NCBI GenBank assembly: GCA_963778655.1
Contig: CAVZVA010000010.1
Coordinates: 576,001 to 640,000, forward strand
From: an uncultured delta proteobacterium
GTDB taxonomy: Bacteria > Myxococcota_A > Polyangia > Polyangiales > JAFGIB01
Reading direction: 5' to 3'
Length of the DNA stretch: 64,000 nt
Shown: piece after piece, positions 8,609 to 17,020 of the stretch
Layout of the letters: the number at the start of each line of letters is the position of its first letter
How positions within the stretch are numbered: the stretch's first letter is position 1
Made by a program: the position numbers and the translations under genes
Notes under the pieces: model-generated
What the model saw: the letters and a program-made list of their open reading frames with translations, nothing else
What the model was told of the DNA's origin: nothing
Database searches by the model: none

Positions 8609-10153
8609 TCAGTTCACGAAGTAATCGGGGCCGCGCACGTTGTCGTGCTCGACCGGAGCCTGCGCCACGTCGGCCTCGAGCGTCGGCTGCGAGTCCAGGC
8701 CCAGCCGCAGCACGGACTCGACGCTGCGGTAGGAGCGGGCGTGAGCCGCGAAGCAGCGCGCGCAGGCGTTCTCGACGCGGCCATCGCCGTACTTCTTGGC
8801 CAGGCGCAGAATGCCCAGGCACGAGCGAAAGCCCTGCTCGGGGTGCGGCCGGTCGGCCAAGATCGCGCTGCAGAGGGCGTGCGTCGAGGGGCCCAGCGTT
8901 TCTGCCCACGACAGAATGCGCGACGGCGTCCACTCTGCGTGCTGGCGGTGAGCGCTCGGCATGTGCGCGGGGACCGTCGCGTAGCGGTCGCGACCCTGGC
9001 GCTGGTGCAACGCGACGCGGCGGCCGCGCAACTGGACCTCGACCATGGTGGCCGTCGCGCACAGCCAGACCTCTTCGCCGACGTAGCGATGCGGCACCGA
9101 GTACAAGCGCTCGCCGAAGGCGACGTGGTAGTCGATGTTGACCGTGGCCTTCTTCCACTCGGTGATCTCGTAGCGGTCGACCGGCAGCGGCAGCAGCTGC
9201 GCTCGCTCCGTCGCCTCGAACAACTCGAGCCGGCTCTTGCCGTACTCGCGCATCGTTCGCCGGTTGAGGTCGTGCAGGCACTGCGCGATCGCTTCGTTGA
9301 GCGCCGCCAGGGTGTGAAACACCCGGTTGCGCAGCCGCGCCAGGATCCAGCGCTGCGCGACCTGCACCCCGACCTCGACCTTGGCCTTGTGCCGAGGCTT
9401 GCCCTTGTGCGCCGGCAGCACCGCGGTGCCGTAGTGCAGCGCCATGTGCTCGTAGCTACGCTGCACCGTCGGTTCGTAGAAGCACGCCCGGGTCACCCCG
9501 CTCTTGAGGTTGTCGGGAACGAGCGCGCGGGCGACGCCGCCGAAGAACGAGAACGCCCGAACGTGGCTGCCCACGAAGTCGGTCACCTGCTGGCTGTACG
9601 TCGCCTCCGCGTATGTGTAGCTCGATGCCCCCAGCACCGCGACGAACAGCTCGACCTCGATCACTTCGCCCGTCACCGGGTCGACCAGCGTCGGCTTCTT
9701 GCCCGAGTAGTCGACGAACATCTTGTCGCCGGCGATGTGGTGCTGGCGCATCACCAGCCCGCGACGCTTGAGAAACTCCCGGTAGCGGTCACAGAACGCC
9801 GTGTACTGGTAGCCGCCGGGGTTGGCCTCCAGGTACTCCAGGTGCAGCAGTTGCAGCGTCACCCCCGGCCGCGCGCGCTCGCGGTGGATCCACGCGCAGT
9901 CCGGCTCCGGCCGCGCGATCAGCGCCGCCGCTGCGCTCTCGGGGTACAGCGCCGCCTCGAGCTCAGCCTCGCCAAGCTGCCGCGCCTGGCCGTACGTGCT
10001 CAGCCCGGCGGTCGCCGCGCGCCGCAGCACGTTGACCACCGTCGCCGGGCTGACTCCAGCGCTGCGCGCCACCCGCCGGTTCGACAGCCGCAGCTCCCAC
10101 TTCAGTCGTAGAATCTCCAGTACCTTGCGCATGGGCAGTCGCTCGTTCGCCAT
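8609..10153 (-). CDS. istA: IS21 transposase IstA
   Basis: FVDYSG, VPDNLKSGV, KAKVEVGV DDE motifs. Confidence 0.95.
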   Translation of the reverse strand: MANERLPMRKVLEILRLKWELRLSNRRVARSAGVSPATVVNVLRRAATAGLSTYGQARQLGEAELEAALYPESAAAALIARPEPDCAWIHRERARPGVTLQLLHLEYLEANPGGYQYTAFCDRYREFLKRRGLVMRQHHIAGDKMFVDYSGKKPTLVDPVTGEVIEVELFVAVLGASSYTYAEATYSQQVTDFVGSHVRAFSFFGGVARALVPDNLKSGVTRACFYEPTVQRSYEHMALHYGTAVLPAHKGKPRHKAKVEVGVQVAQRWILARLRNRVFHTLAALNEAIAQCLHDLNRRTMREYGKSRLELFEATERAQLLPLPVDRYEITEWKKATVNIDYHVAFGERLYSVPHRYVGEEVWLCATATMVEVQLRGRRVALHQRQGRDRYATVPAHMPSAHRQHAEWTPSRILSWAETLGPSTHALCSAILADRPHPEQGFRSCLGILRLAKKYGDGRVENACARCFAAHARSYRSVESVLRLGLDSQPTLEADVAQAPVEHDNVRGPDYFVN

Positions 10154-10259
10154 CCGTTCCTCCTTCGAGGACGGGACCTGCTCGAGCCCTTCTGCCGTCG
10201 CCTGCTCCGCCTCGCGGCCCGCGAGTCTGCGCGCTCCGCGACCAGTCCCTAGCTGGGAG

Positions 10260-10395
10260 TGATCACGATGCCCCGATCTGGCCGATCACGACCCCGATCT
10301 CGGCGATCACGATGCCGATCTCGGCGATCACCATGCCGCGATCTCAGCGATCACGATGCCGCGATCTCGGCGATCACGATCGCGCGGTGCGCGCA
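10260..10395. repeat. Six 21-23 bp subterminal repeats of IS21
   Basis: GATCACGATGCC(GC)GATCTCGGC units; three inverted copies at the other IS end. Confidence 0.85.
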
Positions 10396-11093
10396 CGAAC
10401 AGCTCGGAAAGCAGCCTCTGCGTCTTGCGCCGGCTCAGATGGTAGGCGCCCGTGAGCATCGCGACCACGGCGGTCAGGCAGGGCCCGAACGCCGAGCTGG
10501 GGATCTGCGCGCTGTCGTACGCCGCTCGGGTGCAGGCGCCACAGCGCTCGCACTTGCCTTCGTGCCGGCGCCACTCGGTCAGGTGCGGGCGGTGGTCGCG
10601 CAGCTCGAGCTGCTGGTAGCGGCACGCAGCGACATCGACGACCTGCGGCAGCCGGCACGCGCAGCCAAGGCACACGTCCGGGAACAGGTCGATGAACGTG
10701 TCGACGCGCTCGACCGGCAGCAGCTCGCGGTACGACCCGCGGTGACCCTTCTGGCCGCCGCGCTTGCGCCCCGACTTTGGCCGCCGCCTGCCCGCCGCCG
10801 CCCCACCGCCCGAGCCCGGCCCGTCGCTTGACGGCGGCAGGTGTGAATTTTTCGAGTTGCGGTTGAGCAGCTCGGTCAGAACCTCGATCTGCGCCGCCTG
10901 CTTGGCGACCAACGCGGTCAGCTCGGCCACCTTCGCGCGTTGCTCCCCCACGACGACTTCGAGCTCTGCGACACGCGCTTCGGTCGCCCCCTGCTCAGCC
11001 TCGTCCCCGACCGCCACACCGAGCTTAGATCACGCCCCGATCGCCATGTCCATCCGTCTGGCGCAGAAAAATGCCGGGGCTGAACGGTTACGC

Positions 11094-11360
11094 TCAACCG
11101 GTACGACGCCGTGCGACACGGAGCTCCTCCCGTACGACGCGACGCACGACGGCCTCGAGAGGCTCCGTGCGGCTCGCAATGAACGAGCGCAGAGCGTCGT
11201 TGATCAAAGACTGGTAGTTCCCACCGCCAGCGGCGTGCACCTGGCCTCGAAACCAGTCGAGAACGTCGTCATCGAGACGGATGGTAATTCGAGTCTTGCC
11301 CTTCGGAACGGGCACAACCGGGCCGCGCTTCGCGCGGGTGAAGTCGTATTGCTTTCGCAT
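11094..11360 (-). CDS. brnA: BrnA antitoxin
   Basis: KTRITIRLDDDVLDWFR...YQSLINDAL. Confidence 0.9.
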   Translation of the reverse strand: MRKQYDFTRAKRGPVVPVPKGKTRITIRLDDDVLDWFRGQVHAAGGGNYQSLINDALRSFIASRTEPLEAVVRRVVREELRVARRRTG

Positions 11361-11361
11361 C

Positions 11362-11631
11362 CTACGTCTCCTCTTCGTACTGACGCCGCTCGCGACGCGT
11401 GGCCTTGCGCGCAGAGACCAGCCTAATGTCGTCGCGACGACCAGTCCAGGCGACGACGAGCACACGCCCTGCCGAATCCATCGCGAGCGTCACGAAGCGT
11501 TCTTCGTCGGGGTGGGGATCAGGCATCGTGAGCGCACGCGGATCACCGAACACGGTCGCAGCATCCGCGAAGTCGATGCCGTGCTTGGCGAGGTTGGACC
11601 CCGCCTTCCGCGGATCCCACTGGAACGCCAT
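11362..11631 (-). CDS. brnT: BrnT toxin
   Basis: FQWDPRKAGSNLAKHGIDF...EERF...IRLVSARKA. Confidence 0.92.
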   Translation of the reverse strand: MAFQWDPRKAGSNLAKHGIDFADAATVFGDPRALTMPDPHPDEERFVTLAMDSAGRVLVVAWTGRRDDIRLVSARKATRRERRQYEEET

Positions 11632-11703
11632 TCCCTAGTGTATGCACATTTGTGCACGACCGCAAGTCGTCCTGTTTCCCGGGCTCGCGACGCAGGCATG
11701 CCC

Positions 11704-11897
11704 ACCCAACGGACCTGGCGGTCAGCTGCAAGGCCGCGCGAACGGCCCCTGGTTCAGCTGCAAGGCCCGCGTTGGGCGTTCAGCGATGGAGACCGCGGGC
11801 CCTCGACGACGATCACTATCACAGAGTCGAGGGCCCGCGTAAGCCACCCGTTCGGTCATCGATGGCGGGCCTTGTCAGCTGCAACCAGTTGTTAGCC
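11704..11897 (-). repeat. attC site 8, with a duplicated L'/R' arm
   Basis: Two tandem AACGG...TCAGCTGCAAGGCC arms and one CAGCTGCAACCAG...GTTAGCC arm. Confidence 0.85.
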
Positions 11898-12737
11898 GGC
11901 GTCCTTGCCAGCGAGTCGGGGCGCAGCTTCGTCCATCGCATAGTGCACGAACTGGCCTCCGAGCTCGGTCAGCTCGTACGGCTCCTTGTCATCGAATGCA
12001 GACTTCATGGTCCGACCGGTTCGAGCTGGTCGCTTTGCTCCGCGAGGCTTCTGAATGAAGTTTCCCGCGTAGTCGGTGTCGCGATGCTGTCGAATCACGC
12101 TGCCGGTGCTGAGGTCGCGGATGAGAAGCTTGAACAGGTCTGCCTCTGCCGAGTTCTCGGGAACATCGACGCCGTGAATCTCCTCCCAGATCTCGGCTCG
12201 GGTAACGCGCGGGCTGTGGTAGACGACCCGGATGACCAGGAAGTGTGCCTCATCGTAGGTGTCGATCCAGTCGAGAAAGAGCCGCACGACGTCATCGGAG
12301 CACTGTCGAGTGGCTCCGGCGTTTGTCAATGTCCTGCGAACGCGCTCTCTCTTCTCCGTCGTGTTCGCATGATCCCACGTTCGGAATCCTTGCCGCACGA
12401 GCGCAAGGTAGCGTTCGTCGGTCAGACGCTTGTCGACCATCTCACCTAGCTCAGTAAGGCGACCGATCATCTGGCGCAGCGTGCGCTCAAGGTCTCGGAT
12501 CTTCGCCTGATGTTCCTCGAGCCAACGATGAGAAAGGTCGTTGACGCGAGCTTGCTCTGTTTCAGCGTGAATTGCGGCGCTGGCGGCGAGAACACCGCCG
12601 ATCCAGGGGATGCTCCCCATGGCAGCGACGACGAAGCGGCCAAATTTTGAATAGCCCGGTCCACCGAGGACCGATGGAAGCGCCACATCGGGATCGGATG
12701 CGAGTTCGCCATCAGCGACTACGATGTCGTCGGTCAT
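11892..12737 (-). CDS. Hypothetical cassette protein (281 aa)
   Basis: Fills the cassette; TAA stop in the R'' box. Confidence 0.85.
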   Translation of the reverse strand: MTDDIVVADGELASDPDVALPSVLGGPGYSKFGRFVVAAMGSIPWIGGVLAASAAIHAETEQARVNDLSHRWLEEHQAKIRDLERTLRQMIGRLTELGEMVDKRLTDERYLALVRQGFRTWDHANTTEKRERVRRTLTNAGATRQCSDDVVRLFLDWIDTYDEAHFLVIRVVYHSPRVTRAEIWEEIHGVDVPENSAEADLFKLLIRDLSTGSVIRQHRDTDYAGNFIQKPRGAKRPARTGRTMKSAFDDKEPYELTELGGQFVHYAMDEAAPRLAGKDAG

Positions 12738-12749
12738 GCTCTCTCGTCC

Positions 12750-12909
12750 GGCTAACGAGAATGGCGTTCAGCTGCAAGGCCGCGCCACCTCGACCTGAGC
12801 CTGCGGGCCCCGGCGCCCGCAGGCGGCTGAGCACCGATAGTCGCGCTGAGTTCACCGAACATCAAGACGCCCGCCGCGCGGCCTTGTCGGCTGCAACGCC
12901 TAGTTAGCC
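12750..12909 (-). repeat. attC site 9
   Basis: GGCTAAC...GTTAGCC. Confidence 0.9.
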
Positions 12910-13421
12910 GGCCTCTTCGGTACGGGGTCTTCGAGTTCAAGTGCGAGCTCAAATTTGTTGCTTGGGTCTCCGACTCCGGTCACATGGAGCACCCACGTTC
13001 CTTCCGCCACTCCGCTCGGCGGTGGATTCGTTTGGGAAGTCTGGACCTCGTAGGTGCATGCGGGATCGCGTGTGATGAACTCGGCCTTCCAACCAGTGCT
13101 CGATCGCCGAAGGGCAACGGGCGTCGTTCCAGTTGCGCAGGCTGCTACCAGCGCACCCGCGACGTACGATCGGTGATCGCTGATGACGGCGCGAAGGGCG
13201 ACGGTGAACCTTGGGCCACGCGGTGCAATGAGCCGGACCTTCTTGTTCAGGACGTCGGAAGGAGCGAGTCGAATAGGACCGCGGATTTCAGCATCTCTGA
13301 CGGTTCCGACGACAGTGTACGGGCGTGGCTCTGGCACGCCGACGTACGCGACGAACATCGCGAGGAGGAGACCAAACGCGCCGAGGCAAACCTTCCAGGT
13401 CGTCTTTCGATCTCGGGACAC
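12900..13421 (-). CDS. Hypothetical membrane-anchored cassette protein
   Basis: N-terminal hydrophobic helix VCLGAFGLLLAMFVAYVGV; start uncertain. Confidence 0.55.
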   Translation of the reverse strand: MSRDRKTTWKVCLGAFGLLLAMFVAYVGVPEPRPYTVVGTVRDAEIRGPIRLAPSDVLNKKVRLIAPRGPRFTVALRAVISDHRSYVAGALVAACATGTTPVALRRSSTGWKAEFITRDPACTYEVQTSQTNPPPSGVAEGTWVLHVTGVGDPSNKFELALELEDPVPKRPAN

Positions 13422-13699
13422 GTGCGAAGTGTGGTTCGTCTTCCTTCCGGTCCGGCTAACGGACCACGAGTTCAGCTGCGAAGCCCCCGTTGAGCTCCCC
13501 ATCCAGCACGACCGCGGGCCCGCCCGGTCCTTGCTGTTTACCACGATGGGCGCCGGCCCGCGTAGCACCACGCCCCCCGAACGCCGACAGGGGGCCTTCG
13601 TCAGTCAGCTATAGGCCGTTCGTAGAAATCAGTGGGGATGCCTCGGGGTGAACCTCGAGTCGACAAAGTCGCCCATGGTTCGTGCAGGAGGTCATCCCC

Positions 13700-15022
13700 A
13701 TGAAGAAGCGTATCTATCGTCGAGTACGGGTCAAGGACGTCGCCGCCGAGGGGCTACTGGAGAAGCTGCCGGAGCCAGTGGTGATCGTGGCTCTGGACGT
13801 GGCCAAGCACGCGCAGGTGGCGGCGTTCGCGGGAGCAGAGTCGGGCGTGGCGGCGACGGTGAGCTTCCGCCATCCCGAGGAGAGCCCGGCGTGGCTCGCG
13901 CTGGTAGCCGGCTTGGTGGCACGCGGTAAGCGGGTGGAAGCGGTGATGGAGCCCTCGGGCAGCTATGGCGATGCGCTTCGCCACCGGCTGCGCGAGCTCG
14001 GCGCATCGGTGTACCGCGTCGGCAGCAAGCGCACGCACGACGCGGCCGAGCTGTTCGACGCGGTGCCGTCGATGCACGATGCCAAGGCGGCGGCGGTGCT
14101 GGTACGGCTGCACCTGTCGGGGTTGAGCACGCCGTGGGAGGAGCCCGGCGAGCAGCTTCGGGAGCTGTCGGCGGCGCTGTCGACGATGTTGCTGCACCAG
14201 GAGCACTACCTTCGCAACCTCAACGTGCTCGAATCGCTGTTGGCGCGCCACTGGCCGGAGTTGCTGACGCACGTGGACCTGACGAGCGCGAGCATGCTGG
14301 CGCTCTTGTCACGTATGGGCGGCCCGTCGGAGGTCGCGTCGTCGCAGCCGCAGGCTCGCGCGCTGCTGCACGGCATGAGCCGCGGGCTGATGAAGCCCGA
14401 GCGCATCGCGGCGGCGGTCGGCTCGGCGGCGACGACGTTGGGAGCACCGATGTTGGCGGCGGAGCGGGAGCGGATGTCGCACCTGGCCGAGGAGCTTCAC
14501 CGCACGCTCAAGGCTTGTAAGCACGCTCGGCGGCGCGCGGTGGAGCTCGGCAAGAGCGTGCCCGAGGTCGCGCAGCTCGGCGCCGTGGTCGGGATGACGA
14601 CCGCGGCGGTGTTGTTCGCAGAGGTGGGCAGCCCCAAGAACTTCTGCTGCGCGCAGGCGTACGTGAAAGCGTTCGGCCTGAACCTGCGCGAGAAGAGCAG
14701 CGGCGCGCACCAAGGCCGGCCGTCGCTGACCAAGCGCGGCTCGTCGCGAGCACGCATGATGTTGTGGCTGGCGGTGCTGCGCTGGGTACAGAGCGATGCG
14801 GTCGCTGCCGCCTGGTACCAGCGCAAGGTCGAGCGCGATGGTGGCCGCAAGATGCCCGCGCTCGGCGCGCTGATGCGCAAGCTCGCCAAGGCGCTGTACC
14901 ACGTCGGCCGCGGCGAGGCGTTCGACGTGCACAGGCTCTTCGACTGCGCGCGGCTGGGCGTCGAGGACGCCGCTGCGGTGCAGTCGACGCCCACGCTCGA
15001 GGCGATGGAGGTCACCATGTAG
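13700..15022 (+). CDS. IS110-family transposase/recombinase
   Basis: ALDVAK, MEPSG, HDAKAA (RuvC-like) and GLNLREKSSG...LTKRG (Tnp domain); AGGAGG RBS. Confidence 0.95.
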   Translation: MKKRIYRRVRVKDVAAEGLLEKLPEPVVIVALDVAKHAQVAAFAGAESGVAATVSFRHPEESPAWLALVAGLVARGKRVEAVMEPSGSYGDALRHRLRELGASVYRVGSKRTHDAAELFDAVPSMHDAKAAAVLVRLHLSGLSTPWEEPGEQLRELSAALSTMLLHQEHYLRNLNVLESLLARHWPELLTHVDLTSASMLALLSRMGGPSEVASSQPQARALLHGMSRGLMKPERIAAAVGSAATTLGAPMLAAERERMSHLAEELHRTLKACKHARRRAVELGKSVPEVAQLGAVVGMTTAAVLFAEVGSPKNFCCAQAYVKAFGLNLREKSSGAHQGRPSLTKRGSSRARMMLWLAVLRWVQSDAVAAAWYQRKVERDGGRKMPALGALMRKLAKALYHVGRGEAFDVHRLFDCARLGVEDAAAVQSTPTLEAMEVTM

Positions 15023-15325
15023 CCACGACCTGTTCTTGCATCGCCCGCAAGGCTTCCGACGGGGTGACCTTCAGTTGCAACTCCTGGTCCGCGCTCGTGA
15101 GACCCTTTGTCAGTCCCGAGGCGCCCCGGCGGTCGTGTCGCGCAACGCAATGCCCAACGAAGCTGATTCGGCGCCGCAGAGCGGACGTCCCACGTAAGAG
15201 CTTTGGCCTACCTGCCCCGCACGACCCGGAACGCATTGCCGGCGAGCACTCACTCACCTCGCTCGAGATCGCCCCGACCCTCCTTCCCGGCGACGGCGCA
15301 CTCGTGCGAGAAGCGGGGTCTCGAT
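15023..15325 (+). ncRNA. Putative bridge/seek RNA (second copy at about 3632-3934)
   Basis: Two stem-closed domains holding segments matching the attC target and the IS circle junction; RNA ends unknown. Confidence 0.7.
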
Positions 15326-15387
15326 CGATACGATCGCTTGCGCTTGCACGGGCTACAAGAGCTGCAACGCCTAGTTAGCCGGTGCTC

Positions 15388-16023
15388 CTACTCCACCTCG
15401 TCCACGAGGTATCGGATGTCCCGGAGGAGAAAGGACTTTGGTTCTTCTTGAACAAGGACTAGTTCGTAATCTTTGCAGATCGTGATGAGTTCCTGTGTGG
15501 GCTGCACCTTCAAATCGACTCTGCAATACGGATCCTTCATCCGAAACCCCGCGTGGACGAGTTGCGTGTAGTACGGTCCGGATCGCGAACGGATAGCCCG
15601 CTCAAGCTCGTCACGCGAGAGCTCGCCGACCGCGACTTCGTTCACGTCAGCGAAGCGAATACCACGTTTGGAGACGAGCCGTACGAACTGTGTGCCATCG
15701 AAGGGGCCGGCCTTGGAAATCTCAAACGGATAGGCAAGACCAGTCACGTGACCGGAAGGGGCAATGCCCCAAGCGTGGGCTGGCGGTGCGGCGCGCTCCA
15801 GTAAGTCCAGGACGGTTGCGTTGGCAGGCTCCGGATCAGCATGAGGGACGGCAGGCCCTGCCACCGATTCCGGAGGTTTCGCAACATCGTGCTGAGCGCG
15901 ATCACTCGATGGTGGCTGGGCCGAGGTCTGAAGTTCGCGTTTCGGGCCAGACGAGCAACTGAGCAGAAGCGCTAACGGAAGCGATCGAAGAATGGCAACC
16001 GCGCAGTGTAGGTGGTTCTGCAT
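15388..16023 (-). CDS. Hypothetical lipoprotein cassette, copy A
   Basis: Lipobox LLLSC; ATG 2 nt after the R' box. Confidence 0.7.
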   Translation of the reverse strand: MQNHLHCAVAILRSLPLALLLSCSSGPKRELQTSAQPPSSDRAQHDVAKPPESVAGPAVPHADPEPANATVLDLLERAAPPAHAWGIAPSGHVTGLAYPFEISKAGPFDGTQFVRLVSKRGIRFADVNEVAVGELSRDELERAIRSRSGPYYTQLVHAGFRMKDPYCRVDLKVQPTQELITICKDYELVLVQEEPKSFLLRDIRYLVDEVE

Positions 16024-16025
16024 CC

Positions 16026-16185
16026 GGCTAACGGACCTGGCGTTCAGCTGCAAGGCCCGCGCGGCCACAACCCAGCCTGCGGGCCCCGGCGCCCGCAGGC
16101 GTCCGAGCACCGGTAGTCGCGCCGAGTTCACCGAACATCAAGACGCCACCCGCGCGGCCTTGTCAGCTGCAACGCCTAGTTAGCC
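16026..16185 (-). repeat. attC site 11
   Basis: GGCTAAC...GTTAGCC. Confidence 0.92.
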
Positions 16186-16192
16186 GGTGCTC

Positions 16193-16828
16193 CTACTCCA
16201 CCTCGTCCACGAGGTATCGGATGTCCCGGAGGAGAAAGGACTTTGGTTCTTCTTGAACAAGGACTAGTTCGTAATCTTTGCAGATCGTGATGAGTTCCTG
16301 TGTGGGCTGCACCTTCAAATCGACTCTGCAATACGGATCCTTCATCCGAAACCCCGCGTGGACGAGTTGCGTGTAGTACGGTCCGGATCGCGAACGGATA
16401 GCCCGCTCAAGCTCGTCACGCGAGAGCTCGCCGACCGCGACTTCGTTCACGTCAGCGAAGCGAATACCACGTTTGGAGACGAGCCGTACGAACTGTGTGC
16501 CATCGAAGGGGCCGGCCTTGGAAATCTCAAACGGATAGGCAAGACCAGTCACGTGACCGGAAGGGGCAATGCCCCAAGCGTGGGCTGGCGGTGCGGCGCG
16601 CTCCAGTAAGTCCAGGACGGTTGCGTTGGCAGGCTCCGGATCAGCATGAGGGACGGCAGGCCCTGCCACCGATTCCGGAGGTTTCGCAACATCGTGCTGA
16701 GCGCGATCACTCGATGGTGGCTGGGCCGAGGTCTGAAGTTCGCGTTTCGGGCCAGACGAGCAACTGAGCAGAAGCGCTAACGGAAGCGATCGAAGAATGG
16801 CAACCGCGCAGTGTAGGTGGTTCTGCAT
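16193..16828 (-). CDS. Hypothetical lipoprotein cassette, copy B
   Basis: Same sequence as copy A at offset 805. Confidence 0.7.
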   Translation of the reverse strand: MQNHLHCAVAILRSLPLALLLSCSSGPKRELQTSAQPPSSDRAQHDVAKPPESVAGPAVPHADPEPANATVLDLLERAAPPAHAWGIAPSGHVTGLAYPFEISKAGPFDGTQFVRLVSKRGIRFADVNEVAVGELSRDELERAIRSRSGPYYTQLVHAGFRMKDPYCRVDLKVQPTQELITICKDYELVLVQEEPKSFLLRDIRYLVDEVE

Positions 16829-16830
16829 CC

Positions 16831-17001
16831 GGCTAACGGCCCTGGCGTTGAGCTGCAAGCCCCGCCCCCGAGCTAGCAGCGAAGCGCGACCGCGGGCCTG
16901 ACGACGTCGCGGCAGTTTCAGATGATGTCGGCAGGCCCGCGTGCGATCAAGCGTGCAGAGCAGCACCAGCGGGGCTTGTCAGCTCCAATGCCAAGTTAGG
17001 C
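16831..17001 (-). repeat. attC site 12
   Basis: GGCTAAC...GTTAGGC. Confidence 0.88.
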
Positions 17002-17020
17002 GGTGCCCGGGGACGGGTTC

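Larger units (their letters stand above)
7745..10395 (-). mobile_element. IS21-family element
   Basis: TGCGC...GCGCA imperfect terminal IRs, 7-bp direct repeat CGAACAG (7738-7744 and 10396-10402), istA-istB. Confidence 0.95.
7471..11091 (-). mobile_element. tnpC: IS66-family (TnpC-only) element, interrupted by IS21 and 3'-truncated
   Basis: End GTAACCGTTCA at 11091; NSKNSHLPPSSD, GGQKGHRG and zinc-finger motifs (10396-11017), continuing HTDATSW...GILVSDR (7471-7744). Confidence 0.85.
13605..15359 (+). mobile_element. IS110/IS1111-family element copy 2, full length 1755 bp
   Basis: Flanked by AG; imperfect subterminal IRs 13610-13621 and 15346-15357; long 3' non-coding end. Confidence 0.95.
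13454..15380 (-). repeat. attC site 10 (chimeric), interrupted by IS110 copy 2
   Basis: Arm 13454-13604 and arm 15362-15380. Confidence 0.9.

Noticed and set aside
10260..10395. Short repeat run as a CRISPR array
   Set aside because: No unique spacers and no cas genes; these are IS21 subterminal repeats mirrored at the other end.
15205..15210. GGCCTA as a donor guide
   Set aside because: It matches TAGGCC only under the rejected end model and lies too close to the other guide.
13607..15363. AGCT as a 4-bp target duplication of the IS110
   Set aside because: It would need a rare TCAG-plus target twice and gives a 13-nt promoter spacer; the AG-core model restores canonical attC and a 17-nt spacer.
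12752..16966. ORFs and N-terminal extensions running through attC sites
   Set aside because: GC-rich palindromes lack stops; the true starts lie after the R' boxes.
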